Assembly (NCBI RefSeq): GCF_963921235.1
Contig: NC_086097.1
Span: forward strand, 64,730,001-64,794,000
Source of the DNA: Mobula hypostoma
Lineage: Eukaryota
Direction: 5' to 3'
DNA length: 64,000 nt
A program made the translations under genes and the position numbers. The notes under the pieces are model-generated. The model did no database searches. It was not told the origin of the DNA and worked only from the letters and a program-made list of their open reading frames with translations. Within the stretch, counting starts at the first letter, position 1. The number at the start of each line of letters is the position of its first letter. Of the stretch, positions 52,611 through 64,000 are shown piece by piece.

Positions 52611-53067
52611 CCAATTAGCTTGATTTTGAAATAATTATATAATGTTAACCATAGCAGGACAATCATAAAGATTTCCCATGAACAACAGAAGTTCATTAAC
52701 AAAAGCCACTTCCCCACACATTAATTAATAATATATTTTTGGCACCGCTTTAAATTACATGGTGCTTCAAGCAGTTTATTAATTAACTTTAAAAAAAAAA
52801 TTCTGACTTAAATTTAAGAGCAAAGATGACAGACCAAATGAACAATAGAAATGTTTGGTTATTTTCACTTATTCAGATGTTCCTGAGACATTAAATGCAG
52901 AATCTTTTAAAGTTTATACTGGAAAATAGATAATTTCACTGAGGGAAAAAAAGGGAAATGGAGAAAAGAGGTAACACTTTCCAACCCTTTTCAACCCTGT
53001 TGAACCCTGTATTTAACTTTTTAAAAAATGTCCAATTTAAGAACACACAGGTTAGTAAAAAACCTAC

Positions 53068-53165
53068 CACATGTTGAAAATATTCTGGAGAAAGACCTTC
53101 CAAATGAAGAATTCTATCTTCAAGTTTTTTGATCCTTTGGTAAACATCCATTGGAACTGGACCAC
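53068..53165 (-). CDS. MBIP: MBIP exon 7: (G)GPVPMDVYQRIKKLEDRILHLEGLSPEYFQHV
   Basis: tacag acceptor, gtaggt donor, 98 nt, phase 1 to 0; near-identical to the human leucine-zipper region. Confidence 0.97.
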
Positions 53166-53384
53166 CTGTACTTAATCAAGCGATCTTACATTAGTTAAGT
53201 ATTTTATTTAACATTAGATGCTAACTCTTTTCTAAAAATATAAAAAAAAATCAAACTCTAACCAACAATGAAATTGAAAGTTCAACTCGAGGAACTGCAT
53301 CAATCTTCATGATCATTAGAACAAAACAAACAGAAGAATCATTTTGCATACATTTAAATTTCGGATTCTTCAGCAGATAGTGTA

Positions 53385-55454
53385 TTCGTGCTTTATTGTT
53401 TTACAACACTGAATCACAGTGGATTTAATTTGGCTTTCTTGACACTGATCAAGAGAAAAAGATCCTTTAGTGTCAAACTGAAAAAAGATTTCCGCAAAGT
53501 GAATTAATTACAAATATAAAATGCAAAATAATTGATTGCATAAGTATTCACCCCCTTTAATATGACACTGGTGCAGCCAACTGGTTTTACAAGTCACATA
53601 ATTAGTTAAATGGAGATCACTTGTGTGCAGTAAAGGTATTTCAATTGACTGTAATAAAAATACCCCTATACCTGGAAAGTCCAACTGCTGGTGAGTCAGT
53701 ATCCTGGCAAAAACTACACCATGAAGACAAAAGAACACACCAAGCAATTCCACAAAAAGGTTACTGAAAAGCATAAGTCAGGAGATGGATACAAGAAAAT
53801 TTCCAAGTCATTGCATATCCCTTGGAGTACAGTTAAGTCAATCAAGAAATGGAATGAATATAGGTGTAGCTGTAAATCTGCTTAGGGCAGACTGTCCTCA
53901 AAAACTGAGTGACTGTGCAAGAAGGGGACCACTGAGAGAGGCCACCAAGAGGCCTATGACAAGTCTAGAGGAGTTACAAGCTTCAGTGGCTAAGATGGGA
54001 GAGACTGCACCTACAACAACTGTTGCCTGGATGCTTCATCAGTTGCAGCTTTATGGGAAAACCACTGTTGAAAAGAACTCATATGAAATCTCGGCTAGAG
54101 TTTTCCAGAAAGCATATGGGAGACTCTGAAGTCAGCTGGAAGAAGGTTCTATGGCTTGATGAAACCAAAATTGAGCTTTTTGGCCAGACTAAAGGCTATG
54201 TTTGGTGTAAGCCAAACACCACACGTCATCAAAAACACACCATCCCTACTGTGAAACAAGGTGGTGGTTGCATCATGCTGTGGGGATGCTTCACTACAGC
54301 AGGCCCTGGAAGGATTGTGAAAGTAGAGGGTAAAATGAATGCAGCAAAATACAGGGAAATCTTGGAAGGAAACCTGATGCAGTCTGCAAGAGAACTGCAA
54401 CTTGGGAGAAGATTTGCTTTCCAGCAAGACAATGATGCCAAGCATAAAGCCAAAGCTACACAGGAATGGCTTACACACAGCAAAGTTAATGTCTTGGAGT
54501 GGCCATATCAGAGCCCAGACCTCAATCCAATTGAGAATTTGTGGCTGGACTTGAAAAGGGCTGTTCACTCACTATTCCCATGCAATCTGATAGAGCTTGA
54601 GCAGTTTTGTAAAGAAGAATGGGGAAAATTGCAGTGTCCAGATGTGTAAAGCTGATAGAGACCTATCCACACAGACTCAAGGCTGCAATTGCTGCCACAG
54701 CTGCATCTACCAAATACTGACTTGAAGGGGGTGAATTATGCTATCAAATAGGTGTGGAAGGAGACTCGTGTGTCACTGGGGAGGCCGGAAAATCTTTCGC
54801 TATGGGCCCAAAGACCCAAGGGCTTTGTGATCTTCGGACTCAGAGCTCGAAAAAAGCAACGAAGCAGACTTTTAACATCATAAACCAGCGGGTTGTTATT
54901 ATGTCTCCCACTCGCTGTGAAAATGGGGGACACCTCCCTCTCCCTTGCCAGAGAGAGAGAGAGAAGCTGGGGTTTGTCAAATTTCAGATGAAATGCGAAG
55001 CCTTTGGGGTAACTTTGATCTGTGTCTTTGCTATTGCTTAGCACACGCTTAGTGATGGTACCGATAGGCTTTTTTTTGCTGGTGGAGGGGGGAATCGTTG
55101 CTCACTGCCGCTTACACACGGGAGCAGGGAACTGGGGAGGGACTTTGGGGTTCTCACATTCATTCTTTGGGGCACTTCCCTGTTTCATCGATGTTTGCGA
55201 AGAAAAAGCATTTCAAGATGTATATTGTATACGTTTCTCTGACATTAAATTTGACCTTTCAATCTTTGAACATTTTGCATTTTATATTTATAATCAACTT
55301 ACATCACTTTGTAGAGACCCTTTTTCACTTTGACACGAGTCTTTTTCTGTTGATCAGCATCAAAAAAAAGCCAACTTAAATCCACTCATTCAATGTTGTA
55401 AAACAATAAAAGATGAAAACTTCCAAGGGGGTTTAATACTTTTTATAGGGACTG
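53385..55454 (+). mobile_element. Tc1-family (DD34E, Passport-like) DNA transposon with frameshifted transposase 53721-54720
   Basis: MKTKEHTKQ.., WLDETKIELF, FQQDN-34aa-E (SPDLNPIENLW). Long ITRs of about 200 bp; the right end ..gggactg is followed by TA; the left tip is lost. Confidence 0.93.
54751..55270 (+). mobile_element. SINE-like insertion inside the right ITR of the Tc1 element
   Basis: Splits sequence that mirrors the left ITR; ends gacattaaatttgacctttcaatctttgaa (LINE-type repeat tail). Confidence 0.6.
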
Positions 55455-56799
55455 TATAATGATTTACTAGACTCACTAAGCAAGGCATGCCTATCAATAA
55501 GTAACTACTTATACATTTGTTTATTAGATAAGACATGCTAAATAGTGCCATTACAAAATAATTACACCATGGGTCAAAATATTGTTCATTAACAGAATAT
55601 TTAATTATTCACAAACTGATTGTATAGATTTTCAAAACTGAAATATAGCAGATGCTACCAATGTTAAGATAGAGAAAAAAAATCCAGGAAAAAAAGCATG
55701 GCAAGCTGGAAAGCGAAACAGAACTAATATTTCAGGCTGATGACTTGTTAAAAGAACGTGGAAACATGATAAACAAAATTAAAAATGAGGCAGAAAGAGG
55801 GAAAAACTTAAGACAATAGAGTGTGACAAATGTTTTTATTTCAAATTTTTCCAAGTGTGGCAAAGAGTCACCAGCCTGCAATGTAAACTGCTTCTATCTC
55901 CACTGACACTACATGAACATTTTCAAGGTTTTGCATTTCTCAAATACTCAATTCCATTGATAGCCTAAAAGTAGCTTTTAGCCACTGCAATAAAATATCA
56001 TCTTATTCTCTCCTGTGGGTGTACATACTAGAAAATGGTCAAGGTTTCTGACTATAGATATTAACTTGTTTTGCACCAGAATCACAAGATGCCCAGAAAG
56101 TGTAATGACATCCCAGGAGAAAATTCTGCAGTCCACTAATCCGACGCTCCTTTGTTCTGCTTGTATACAGCCCACTCTTGCAGGCAGAAAGAATTAAGCA
56201 AGGCTGATGGTTATACTAAAGTGTTTCTTGCACATTGGACCACCAACCAAGACACAGAATTACACCTTTTTACGTTAAATTGGGATAGGTATAAACATGA
56301 GCATGATAATGCAAAAGTAGGTGCTAATCTTAGCAATCATTAAGCAGTCTAGTTAACAAAAACAAAATCACAAAAATGTTCACTAAACTTCATTCTCTAT
56401 GAACACAGTATCAGTTTTACAGTCTGAAACTTTGACATAATCAGTGGATAGGGCCTGAAATGCTCTACCAGGAGAGAAAGTAGCTCGATTAGTATACAAC
56501 ACAATAATTTGCAGAGCTCTGGGAAGAAGGTGTGCAAGGAAAGCAATCTAAAACTTGCTTTGAACTAGTATAAACTCAGTCAAGCAAACAGCCTCCTGTG
56601 CAATTTTCTTCTAAATTACAGGATTTAACAAATTAAAATTAGGAAAGCCAATTTGAAAGTTTAGATAGTACTGAAGAGACTAAGCACACTCTTATCAGAT
56701 TAAGTCAGCCTATGGAGTTTATTAAGATTATTTTGCAATCACTACGTTATAGACTTTGAGTAACATACCCCGTGAAAGATTACAAAGTAAACTACACAC

Positions 56800-56952
56800 C
56801 TGGTGGAAGCTTCAAATGAGCTTCCATATTTTGAAGCCTCTCTTCAATAGCTGGGTTACCACAGTTTTGTGTCACAGAATTAGGTTTTTGGGCAGATTCT
56901 CCTTCACTTTCAGTTCTTGTTTGAGGCCCATACATATTTACAACTCTTGAGA
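56800..56952 (-). CDS. MBIP: MBIP exon 6: (V)SRVVNMYGPQTRTESEGESAQKPNSVTQNCGNPAIEERLQNMEAHLKLPP
   Basis: ttgcag acceptor, gtgtgt donor, 153 nt, phase 1-1. Confidence 0.96.
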
Positions 56953-57841
56953 CTGCAATTAAAAATGTTGATTCTTAAGACTGCAATAAAAATGTTTTGA
57001 AAAATATAAGCTTTCGGTCTATAACATGATAAGAATGAATTTCATAGAGTACAACCAAATAACCGATCTTGGAAGTCCATTTCAAAACTTATTCACAATC
57101 ATCCTGAGAAGACAGTATTGCATGTGTAATTTTTAATTAAACTAATTTCTCTTCCTTAATGTCAAAAACATAGCCATATTCAAGTTAAAAGCCTTCAGGG
57201 TACTTAAAACAAAACATAATGCAAATCTTGGCATAATTGCCTCACTGCAACTTTTAGAATAATTTTACAGTGCTAAGGCTAGAAAACTTATTTCATGAAA
57301 TATTGAAAACAAAATTTTCTTAAGTCACAATAATCACATAAGTCTGAAATTCAATAAGCTGGCAAGTTGAGAGCTGGTACTAAAGAGAAAGAAATAACAA
57401 ATTATTTCAGATTGACCTGAAATGTTAACAATGCCACCCTCTCCATCTCGAGAATAAACACCGGCAAGGATTATTTGGGACAAATGACTTAACATATTCT
57501 AATTCTATGTAAGTGTATTTGGAATTAAAATAAGCATCAATTTTTTTTAAACTGTAACCAACATATAGAAGAGAAAATTGGGACTCAAAATACTGTGATA
57601 ATTTCAATACAAGGCATCACTTTTGAAATCGATACAGGAGCGATACTGCATGCTGCAAACTGGTCACAATTTCAGCTGCCGCTACAGAAAATTTCCACAG
57701 CATTCAACATATCCACAATCATTTTTCAGTAAACATACATTTATGCCATAGAAGTATTACTACTGTACTTAATTATTCTGATAAATAAACATAGCCTCTT
57801 TCTAAAACTAAAAATGTGGGAAAAAAAACAGATGAACATAC

Positions 57842-57907
57842 CTTTTATATGGCTTTTGAAACCAGGATGTGGTGTAAAAACAGCATCTGTTCTGGCACAG
57901 CTGTTTT
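57842..57907 (-). CDS. MBIP: MBIP exon 5: (E)NSCARTDAVFTPHPGFKSHIK
   Basis: actag acceptor, gtatgt donor, 66 nt, phase 1-1. Confidence 0.97.
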
Positions 57908-58170
57908 CTAGTTTAAAATAAAATTATACATGTAAGGCTAATCAGAAAGTCAAAATAGTAAGAATACTTCTACTAATAAAATATATGAAATATTTTGAAA
58001 GATTACAACAAAACCAAAATATTCTTTTCCCAATTTTGAATTTTATTATGTGGCAATGTGATAATAGTTTTCCCCCAATATACATCCAATAACTTAATTG
58101 CTGGTTCTCTTTCCATTTCTAATTTTAAAATAGTTAGACATTTGTGTAACTTTATAACTTGAAAACTAAC

Positions 58171-58267
58171 CTTGGTTACAATTAATAACGTTACAGAATT
58201 CACGGATGTTGTTTTCATTGATCTCTGCTTGCTTTCTCTCTATGAATGCCGAAATTCGTCTTTCGAT
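58171..58267 (-). CDS. MBIP: MBIP exon 4: IERRISAFIERKQAEINENNIREFCNVINCNQ
   Basis: cattcag acceptor, gttagt donor, 97 nt, phase 0 to 1. Confidence 0.97.
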
Positions 58268-58381
58268 CTGAATGACAAATAAAATACTATTGGAAATAGC
58301 TCAACATACTCGTTAAAATAAAACAATTTCCATATATTTGTAAATCAATGGAAAATGTGGAAACATTGAATTAAATCTTAC

Positions 58382-58639
58382 TTCATCTTTGCTTGCTTTG
58401 ATCTGGACCAATTCTGTTCCACTTTGCATATTTGACTCATCTTGTTCTTCAGGTTTACATTGTGCTTCTTTTTGGAACATTTTTGTTCTTGGATTAATTG
58501 ATTGATTCCACACTTGCTTGTGGCTAGTCATTGTTGAATTCAAGTCACTATCAAGCTTTGCAGAAGGTGACTTTTCTACTGAACTTCTTGCCCCAGATGT
58601 ATCGTCTTTTACCAATAAATTCAGCTTGTCTGAAACACA
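58382..58639 (-). CDS. MBIP: MBIP exon 3: CVSDKLNLLVKDD...ELVQIKASKDE
   Basis: In-frame ggtag acceptor, gtaaga donor, 258 nt, phase 0-0; the end matches human EVVQIKAGKAE. The 5' boundary is less certain. Confidence 0.85.
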
Positions 58640-59437
58640 CTACCAATAAAATTTTGCTAAACAATCTGAGGACTAAATTAAGCACATGGGATGATTAATG
58701 AAAAACATTTACACCTTCAGTCACAACATCCAGCATTTTCATTCAAATGAACATCTCAACATGTGGAAACTCAATCAACATGTACAGGTTTCTATACTAA
58801 GCTACTAAAAATGTTCCTGTGTCTCAATATTAACAACATACCTTCTTTTGCAAAGATCCTTATTATTTCCTCAATTTTTTGAGCTAATATACAGATGATA
58901 GTACCAAAGCTTAAAAGTCCAAGACACTTGGAATATAATCAGCCAAAATCACACTTCCTAGCTTCAATCCGAATTTACTTTCTGTTGCTCATCATTGACT
59001 GCCCCTCTTGATTGAGGATGATTTTTTTTCCCATTCTGGTTTTATGAACTTTGAAATGACTGTTGAATCCAATATGAGATTTACAGACACTTCAGCTGGA
59101 GGAGGAGTAGATGACTAGTTTGGCAGGTGATGCAGTCTTTCTTCCACTTATGTGGGGCCCCTGCGTACTCACTGGATTGTGAAAGTTCCTCAAAAATGTC
59201 CCACATGCCCTGGTCCAATCTGAGGCATCATGGGCCAGGTATTCCTAAGAGACAGTGGGAACGTTGGTAATTTTTCTAAGGAGACTCGAAAGCATTATTG
59301 AGCCTTTCACCTTCCCATCTGACTATCACTTCTGAAACTCGGAAAATAATTTATGTTTTGGGAGCCTGGTGTCTGATGTGCAAATGATGGCTCCTGCCCG
59401 ATGATGTTGCTTGATAATTAATCATGTCCTCTAAAAT

Positions 59438-59481
59438 TAAAATTTCATGAAGAAAATGGCTTTTACAGTAATTCTTGCATA
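59438..59481. repeat. 44-bp exact direct repeat, copy in MBIP intron 2
   Basis: taaaatttcatgaagaaaatggcttttacagtaattcttgcata, identical to 60594-60637. Confidence 0.95.
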
Positions 59482-60366
59482 GGGTTGTTTGGACCCAAAA
59501 ATTGGAGTACAAAATCTGCTGACAGTAATCCAAGAGAAGAATTATTATTATTCTCGAGGGAGGTGGGTAACACTGAAATTAAGCACATATTGCCAGCAGA
59601 CCTTGAGAGGGTAGTGATAATCCACCATGAACGACTGTAGTCCTTAAAGTCAAAGATTGCTTCAGTGGGGATGCAACACATGTAGTCCAGACCAAATAAG
59701 AGAGGCAGATTTATTTTCTTAGAGGACCATATGGATTTTCATAATCATCTTTACTGATACTATTTTTAATTTCCAGACCAGGAAGAAGAGACAACAGTTA
59801 AAAAGCATTGTTTACGGACAGCTGACAAACCATATAACATAACTATATTACTTTAACACATTAAACTCAATATAACATGTGAACCTATTATCTTTCACTG
59901 TTTTACAGGAGGAGCAAATCTTCAGTTACATCTGTAATCCAATTATAACTAGGCACATCATGGCAGTCAGATTGCAAAATCCACGAGAAAATTTCATTCC
60001 AAGTTTAAGACTTTGAATCAATGGATATCTTTACTCATCATGGTGAAAACATCAAGACAAAGCAGTGTATATCATTGATATGGAGTTCCTACCATTGTCA
60101 GAACCAAGCTTTAGTCAACCGGGAATGCCTCTGTCCACATCGACTCCAGATTTTGTTATTTCTCAAAAGTTAAATTAACTATCTCACATTTAGAAAGGCC
60201 CTTTATCTGACTCCATCCCTTCACCAACAATCACATCAGCTGTCCTATACTACCGATGCAAAATATACTTATTAATATTCAGATTCATAGAAGTAATAAG
60301 TTTCCTTAGCACTACTATAGGTTAATCATTCAATTTTCTCCAGTTATTTTTATGAAAACAACTCAC

Positions 60367-60486
60367 CTGTAATTCAAGAATGTGCTGTTGAAGCAAATGG
60401 CTAAAATTTTCCAGGTTAAGTGTTGGCAGTGACTGAAGCTTGCATAAATCAACAGTCAGTTTTAGGACATCATCTCCAAAATTAAG
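60367..60486 (-). CDS. MBIP: MBIP exon 2: LNFGDDVLKLTVDLCKLQSLPTLNLENFSHLLQQHILELQ
   Basis: ttgaag acceptor, gtgagt donor, 120 nt, phase 0-0; similar to human LDLRDDVVKITID..LEQHILYLQ. Confidence 0.93.
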
Positions 60487-60593
60487 CTTCAAGAAAAGAG
60501 ATGTAACACATCAAAACAGGCTTCCATACTTGGATTCAGATCTCAGAATCTTTAAAGCTAACACACAAATCTCATGCAACTGACAATGAAAAC

Positions 60594-60637
60594 TAAAATT
60601 TCATGAAGAAAATGGCTTTTACAGTAATTCTTGCATA
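60594..60637. repeat. 44-bp exact direct repeat, copy in MBIP intron 1
   Basis: Identical to 59438-59481. Confidence 0.95.
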
Positions 60638-61102
60638 TTGAAATCAAAGTCATTCTCTATTTCAGTTTGTAAAATACTGTCACCTGTTACATTAGCACAC
60701 ATTATAATGTATTTCCAGACAGGAGTCAATAACTACCAGCCCCCCTCTCACCCATCATCCTAACAAAATTGGTTTCAGGAATAACTCAACTTTTTTTCTG
60801 TTTGTTCCTGTTAGCAAATAGATATCTTTACTGGCAGTCTGACTAATTATGCTAATCATATTTTAATTACAAACAATGGTATCAAATGATGCTCAAGGTG
60901 ATCGTGGAAGACATTAGGGTTTCATTAATTGTTGGTATTCACATCCAATGCATTACACAACTACTAACCACCTCCCATAAATGCAAGTTCAATAGATCTA
61001 TGCTGCTTGTGCTCTAAGTAGCACAAATTCCTTTTTATTCATCTCCAGTACTTGCTCAACTACACTGACTTCCAGTATGAGCAGCCACTTCAAAAAGATA
61101 TA

Positions 61103-62192
61103 CAGTTGCAAGAAAAATTTGTGAACCCTTTGTAATTACCTGGTTTTCTGCATTAATTATTCATAAAATGTGTTCTGATCTTCACCTAAGTCACAATAAT
61201 AGACAAACACAATCTGCCTAAACTAATAATTCACAAACAATTGTACTTTTTCTTGTCAATACAGAGGATACCATTTAAACAATCACAGTCTAGGTTCAAA
61301 AAAATGTATGTGAACCTCTGGTGTAATGCCTTCTGCTAAAGTTATTTGGAGTCAGGTGTTCTAATCAATGACAAACAAGAGAAAATCTGCAGATGCTGGA
61401 AATCTGTGCAACACAAACAAAATGCTGGAGGAACTCAGAAGGCCAGGCAGCACCGTCGACATTTTGGGCCGAAACCCTTTGGCATGCTCAAGATGATAAT
61501 GGAAGACATTAGGGCTTCATTAGTTGGTGGTATTCACCTCCACTGCATTTTGCTACTAACCAGTCTCCTGCTGGAGGTTTTCGGCCCGAAATGTTGACTG
61601 TATAGTTGCTGCCAGGCTGCTGAGTTCCTCCAGCATTTTGTGTGTGTTGTTCCAATCAATGAGATGAGACTGGAGGTGTGGGTTGTAGAGATGTCCTGCC
61701 CTATAAAAAAAAGACACTCAAAGTCATATTATTGACAGGGCCTGCTCTTCTCAAGAAAGATCTGTTTATCTGCACCACGCCTCGATCAATACAACTTTCA
61801 GAGGACTGTAGAAGAATTGTAGAGATGTATGAAGCTGGAAAAGGCTACAAAAGCATTTCTAAAGACCTGAGTGTTCATCAGTCCACAGCAAGATAAATTG
61901 TCTTCAAATGGAGGATATTCAATACTGTTGCTACTCTCTCTAGGAGAGGGCACCCTGCAAAGATCACGACAAGAGCACAATGTGCAATGATGAAGGAGGT
62001 GAAAAAGAACCCAAAAGTAAAAGACCTGTAGTAATCTCTTGAACCTCACCCCAACTGTGGAGCATGGTGGTAGAAGAAGCATCATGGTTTGGGGCTACTT
62101 TGCTGCCTCAGGGACTGGACAGCTTACAATCGTTAGGGGAACAATGAATTCAAAATTGTATCAAGATATTATACAGGAGAATGTCAGGGTAG
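61103..62192 (+). mobile_element. Second Tc1-family transposon (left ITR plus internally deleted transposase)
   Basis: TA|cagttgcaagaaaaa left end; PRSIQLSED..YEAGKGYKSISKDL; PTVEHGG..IMVWGYFAASGTGQL; truncated by CR1. Confidence 0.85.
61372..61647. mobile_element. PLE-derived foldback element with captured loop, inserted in the Tc1
   Basis: Inverted arms about 61408-61480 and 61568-61647. TSD tgtt(ct/cc)aatcaatga at 61357-61371 and 61648-61662. Confidence 0.85.
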
Positions 62193-63835
62193 CATTCCGC
62201 CCCATTCTCCTGCTTTCTCCTGGAACCTATTAATCTGTGCTTTAAATATACTCAATGACTTGGTCTCCACAGGTGTCCATAGCAATGATTTCCACAGATT
62301 CACCATCCTCTGACTAAAGAAGTTCCTCTTTACCTCTGATCTAAAAGGACGTCCTTCTATTCTGAGACTGTGCCCCACTGGTCATAGACTCACTACTATA
62401 GGAAGCATCCTCTCCGTGCCCACTCTACCTGGATATTTCAGTATTAATTTCAGTTTTAATGAGATTCAGAATCAGATTTAATATCACCAGCAAATGTCGC
62501 GAAATATGTTAACTTTACAGCAGCAGTACAATGAAATACATGATAAATATGGAGAAAAAAAACTGAATTAACACAGAACATAGAAATCTACAGCACATTA
62601 TAGGCCCTTCGGCCCACAATGTTGTGCCGACCATGTACTTACTCTAGAAGCTGCCTAGAATTTCCCTAGTGCATAAACCTTTATTTTTCTAAGCTTCATA
62701 TATCCAAGAGGCTCTTAAAAGACCTTATTGTACTCGCTTCCACCACTGCCGCCAGCAGTGCATTCCACGCACCCGTGTGAAAAACTTACCCGACATCCCC
62801 TCAGTACCTATTTCCAAGCACTATACCCCCTCATGTTAGCCATTTCAGCCCTGGGAAAGCACCTCTGGCTATCCACACGATCAATGCCCCTCATCATCTT
62901 ATACACCACTATCAGGCCACCACTCATCCTCTGTCGCTCCAAGGAGAAAAGGCCAAGTTCACTCAACCTATTCCCATAAGGTACACCCTCCAATCCAGGC
63001 AACATCCTTGTAAATCTCCCCTGCACTCTCTCTACAGTATCCACATCCTTCCTGTAGTGAGGTGACCAGAACTGAACGCAGTACTCCAAGGTCTTATAGA
63101 AGTACATACATGTCTGTTAGATTAAGTTAAAATAAATAGTGCAAAAAACGGTAAATAAAAAAGTAGTGAGGTAGTGTTCATGGATTCAGTGTCCATTTAG
63201 AAATCAGATCGCGAAGGGGAAGAAGATGTTCCTGAATCGCTGAGTGTGTGCCTTCATGCTTCTGTACCTTCTTCTAAACTCCAGTGAGTACAGGATCAGA
63301 GCCATCAAACATTCCATATACTTCAACTCCTTCATTCCCAGAATCATTCTCGTGAACCCCTTCTGGACCCTCTCCAATGCCGGCCTTCCTTTCCTTAGAT
63401 AAGGGGCCCAAAACTGCTCACCATATTCCAAGTGTGGTTTGACCAATGCCTTATAAACATTCAGCATTACATTCATGCTTTTATATTCTAGTCCTCTCTA
63501 AATGAATGCAAACATTGCATTTGCCTTCTTTACTACCAACTCAACCTGCAAGTTAATCTTTAGGGAATCCTACACAAGGACTCCCAAATCCCTTTGTACC
63601 TCTGATTTTTGAACTTGCTTCCCATTTATTAAACAGTGTATGCTTTATTCCTTCTACTAAGCACTTCCCTACACTGTATTCCATCTGCCAATTCCTTGCC
63701 CATTTTCCTAATCTGCTCAAGTCCTTCTGCAGATTCCCTGCTTCCTCAACAATACACGCCCCTCCACCTATCTTTGCATCATCCGCAAACTTGGTCACAA
63801 AGCCGTCAATTCTGACATCCTGATTATTGACATAG
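62193..63835 (-). mobile_element. Nested CR1 / Rex1-like / CR1 fragments
   Basis: GHSLRIEG (62184-62378), LEYCVQFWSP (62808-63107), Rex tail pieces 62466-62570 and 63090-63270, KFADDAKIGG (63553-63798). Confidence 0.85.
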
Positions 63836-64000
63836 ACTCACTGGCCACTTCATTCCCTACTAACCTTGTGTAACCTTTGTTCCTACTAAAGTAGCTGCTC
63901 TGTGTACATTTGAGGTCCTCTGCTGCTGTATCCCATTCATTTAAGGTCACACACATTGTGAGTTCAGAGATACTCTTCTACACACCAATTTGTAGTGCAT

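Noticed and set aside
58003..58218. ORF-track 71-aa ORF over MBIP exon 4
   Set aside because: Wrong frame; the true exon frame is set by splice phase and homology.
60487..64000. Search for MBIP exon 1 or a promoter CpG island
   Set aside because: Only intronic and TE sequence is seen; exon 1 must lie beyond the window.
1..64000. CRISPR arrays, rRNA/tRNA genes, operons, retron or defence systems
   Set aside because: No repeat-spacer periodicity or structural RNA genes were seen; all RT and nuclease motifs belong to eukaryotic transposons.

Overview
This is vertebrate genomic DNA, not microbial. The repeat content suggests a cartilaginous fish, probably a ray (inference). The only host gene I can support is MBIP (MAP3K12-binding inhibitory protein 1) on the minus strand. 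Coding exons 2-9 can be read with GT/AG boundaries and consistent phases between 60486 and 49302; exon 1 lies beyond the window. Positions 1-49000 are intergenic DNA 3' of MBIP. They contain two TE-poor blocks (about 1-7600 and 39100-45770) flanking dense, often nested, decayed transposons: CR1/HER1-like, Rex1/Babar-like, RTE, a HERO-clade RLE retroelement, Penelope-like elements (PLEs), SINE-like elements and a solo LTR. MBIP introns carry two Tc1 elements and a BovB-like RTE. Almost all ORF-track entries are TE fragments or noise. The most unusual observations are: (1) short TSD-flanked foldback elements built from PLE ends that carry a minimal hammerhead-ribozyme core, one of which has captured neighbouring host DNA in its loop; (2) a BovB-like insertion with twin-priming geometry; (3) a tandemly duplicated splice acceptor at MBIP exon 6; (4) an exact 44-bp repeat bracketing MBIP exon 2. 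I see no evidence for a new multi-gene system. Family assignments come from recalled motifs, not database searches, and most TE boundaries are approximate.
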